DNA of 64,000 bases from the human T2T-CHM13v2.0 reference genome, Homo sapiens: NCBI RefSeq assembly GCF_009914755.1, contig NC_060931.1. The stretch is one strand, 5' to 3'. The position numbers were made by a program, and so were the translations under genes. The notes beneath the pieces are model-generated. The model was not told where the DNA came from and did no database searches. It worked only from the letters and a program-made list of their open reading frames with translations. Each line of letters opens with the position of its first letter. Positions within the stretch are counted from its first letter, which is position 1. Of this stretch, positions 62,031 through 64,000 are shown in pieces.

Positions 62031-62276
62031 CCTGTGCTATGGTGCAGCCTTGTACATTTCCTGCAAGGAGCAGAGACTTGTGCAATGCGGGTGTTGGCAG
62101 GGTCTGTTTCCTGAAGAAGCTGAGGTATCTCAGCTGGCCCTGAAGATTGGGGTGTTACTTGATTTGCTGAGAAGCCAAAAATGCCCAAATAGCAAATATG
62201 TTTGATCAAAATTGATTGCACTCATCCTGCTCCAGTGAGTCCCTTTATCCCCCGGAAATCCCCTGCCTGCTTCCCC

Positions 62277-62552
62277 TGTTAGAAAAGCAGGAGCCTGGGA
62301 GAGCCAGGGTAATGACATTTTAAGTTCAGCTCCATCTTGAGACTAATGAGGTACATTCCTTGCCAGTCACGACCCATGGTCATAAGATGTGCAAAGCCAA
62401 GGAAACAGCCTGCCGATACTTGCAAGAACACACTTCTATGACAACAGAACGTCCAGAAGTTCCAATATCCATAACAATGTATGCTTTGAGATAATTATAG
62501 TTATGGTTTGATGTATTTAGGCACTAAATGCCAAGGACAGTTTTCTTTAAAT
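62277..62552. mobile_element. ERV LTR 5' fragment
   Basis: tgttagaaaagcaggagcc...ctccatcttga LTR-type start. Confidence 0.55.
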
Positions 62553-63440
62553 TAGCCACAAAGGGGTCTCCTCCCATGGTGCTGGTCAGGCCAGGGTATC
62601 AGGGGTCAGCGGTCAGGTGGCACCTGGGGCTCAGGGTGGAGTGAGTTGTGGGCAGGGGCGGGGAAGGGAGCTGGCACATCTGGGCCCCTGATTCATAGCT
62701 CAGCACCCCCAGGGACCAAGCAGAGCAGGGCAGGACCCAGGTCGTCTGGGAGACTCAGATGAGTGCCCTTTTCCTCTGAGCAGAGAGTCTGGGTCCAGCT
62801 GGCCTTTGTTGTACTATTGGAGATGGAATGCTCTGGAGGCACCCCCTTTTTATCCATGCACGCTCCCTGGACTTCAGATGGGCCTCTCATGGGGACCCCA
62901 CCACCTGGCTGACATGCTGTCCTCTCCCATGGGGGCCTCATGGCAGGTTTGGGCTCCAGCTTTGCATCAAATGAAGGCCCATGAAGGCCCGGGACCTGCC
63001 CTGCCACCCTGTCCTAAAGTGCCGAAGTGGATGCATGGGCGAGGCATTCAAACCACTCTGTCACTTGCATGACTTGGGGCCCACTTTGCAACGTAGGTTC
63101 TCCGAGACTCACATTCCCCATCTGTCAGGTGGAGAGAAGGGAGTCGGGTGAGGAGCCGGCTCTCCATCGCCCCCAGGCCTGGCCCATAGCCTGCTGCTCC
63201 TGCCAGCTTGGCCCTGGCTCTGGGTTGACCCCTCAGCCCAGAGAGTGCGCAGAGCTGGTGTGGGCTTCTGGCCTCAGCCTGCCTTGGGGTCCTGCCTGCC
63301 CCAAAGCCCTTGGGGCCTGAGAGGGTGTGGCAGGGAGGACAGGGCCCAAGGCTCTCCATGGCCATCCACTCCCCCTGGTGCTGCATTCCTTTGCCTGCTC
63401 AGAGCCCTCTGTCCCATCCTGCAGCTCTCCCTCCCGACTT

Positions 63441-63554
63441 TCAGGGGGTGACCAGGTACTCACGAAAGGACCCTCTTCCCCAGAGCGCAGCTTCCTGTCA
63501 GGGGGTGACCGGGTGCTCATGAAAGGACCCTCTTCCCCAGAGCACAGCTTCCCG
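63441..63554. repeat. 57-bp tandem duplication
   Basis: 63441-63497 versus 63498-63554, 5 mismatches. Confidence 0.9.
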
Positions 63555-64000
63555 TTCCCCTGGGTCTGAACAGGTAGGGTGTGGGGAGAGGGGAGGCAGC
63601 CCGGATAGTGTGACCACCCAGGCCAGTGGCTCTGCAGACCCCCAGGAGCACTGCAATCCTGCACCAGCTGCTCCCTGGACATGGCCACCAGATGTCTTGG
63701 GGGGGCACCTGAAATCCTCTGTCCTGAGGGGAACACGTGTGTCTCCTCACTACCTGTCCCCTGGTCACCTCAGTTTACGGCATCCCCATCCTCACCACGG
63801 GGCACCCCAGCCTCAAGTTTACACATGGGTGGCTGTCCATGGTCCTGCCTTGCACTCCCCTTTCTGTCTGATTTGCAACTCTCCCCATTGTTGAAGCCTC
63901 TGTACTGTGTGGCCTTCTCCATGCCTGTGGGCAGGGGTGACAAGGAGCAGAGCCACCTCCCACCTTGCCATTTCATGGCCTAGGGTCCTAGAGGACTCCC

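Overview
Human-type (primate, Alu-rich) genomic DNA. It holds the 3' part of RAMP3 on the + strand: most of intron 1, exon 2 (16090-16222), intron 2, and exon 3 with 3'UTR and an AGTAAA poly(A) signal (about 21935-23030). Exon 1 is not in the window. The remaining ~41 kb is intergenic and dominated by Alu, L1, L2, MIR, MaLR/ERV1 LTRs and MER5/MADE1 DNA elements. The most interesting stretch is ~1.35 kb of non-TE-looking sequence at about 34380-35730. Read on the + strand across several frameshifts, it gives a collinear series of peptide blocks resembling the C-terminal ~400 aa of the bornavirus L polymerase, and it ends in a stop codon fused to a decayed poly(A) tail. It is therefore a candidate endogenous bornavirus-like L element (EBLL). 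That call rests on comparison with my recollection of the BoDV-1 L sequence and needs a tBLASTn/HMM check. Smaller structural oddities include a 70-bp dispersed duplication, a 39-bp inverted repeat with a competing hairpin, a hairpin inside an Alu, a 57-bp tandem duplication, a higher-order G-rich minisatellite and an AT expansion inside an Alu linker. TE subfamily names are by-eye assignments and TE boundaries are approximate.
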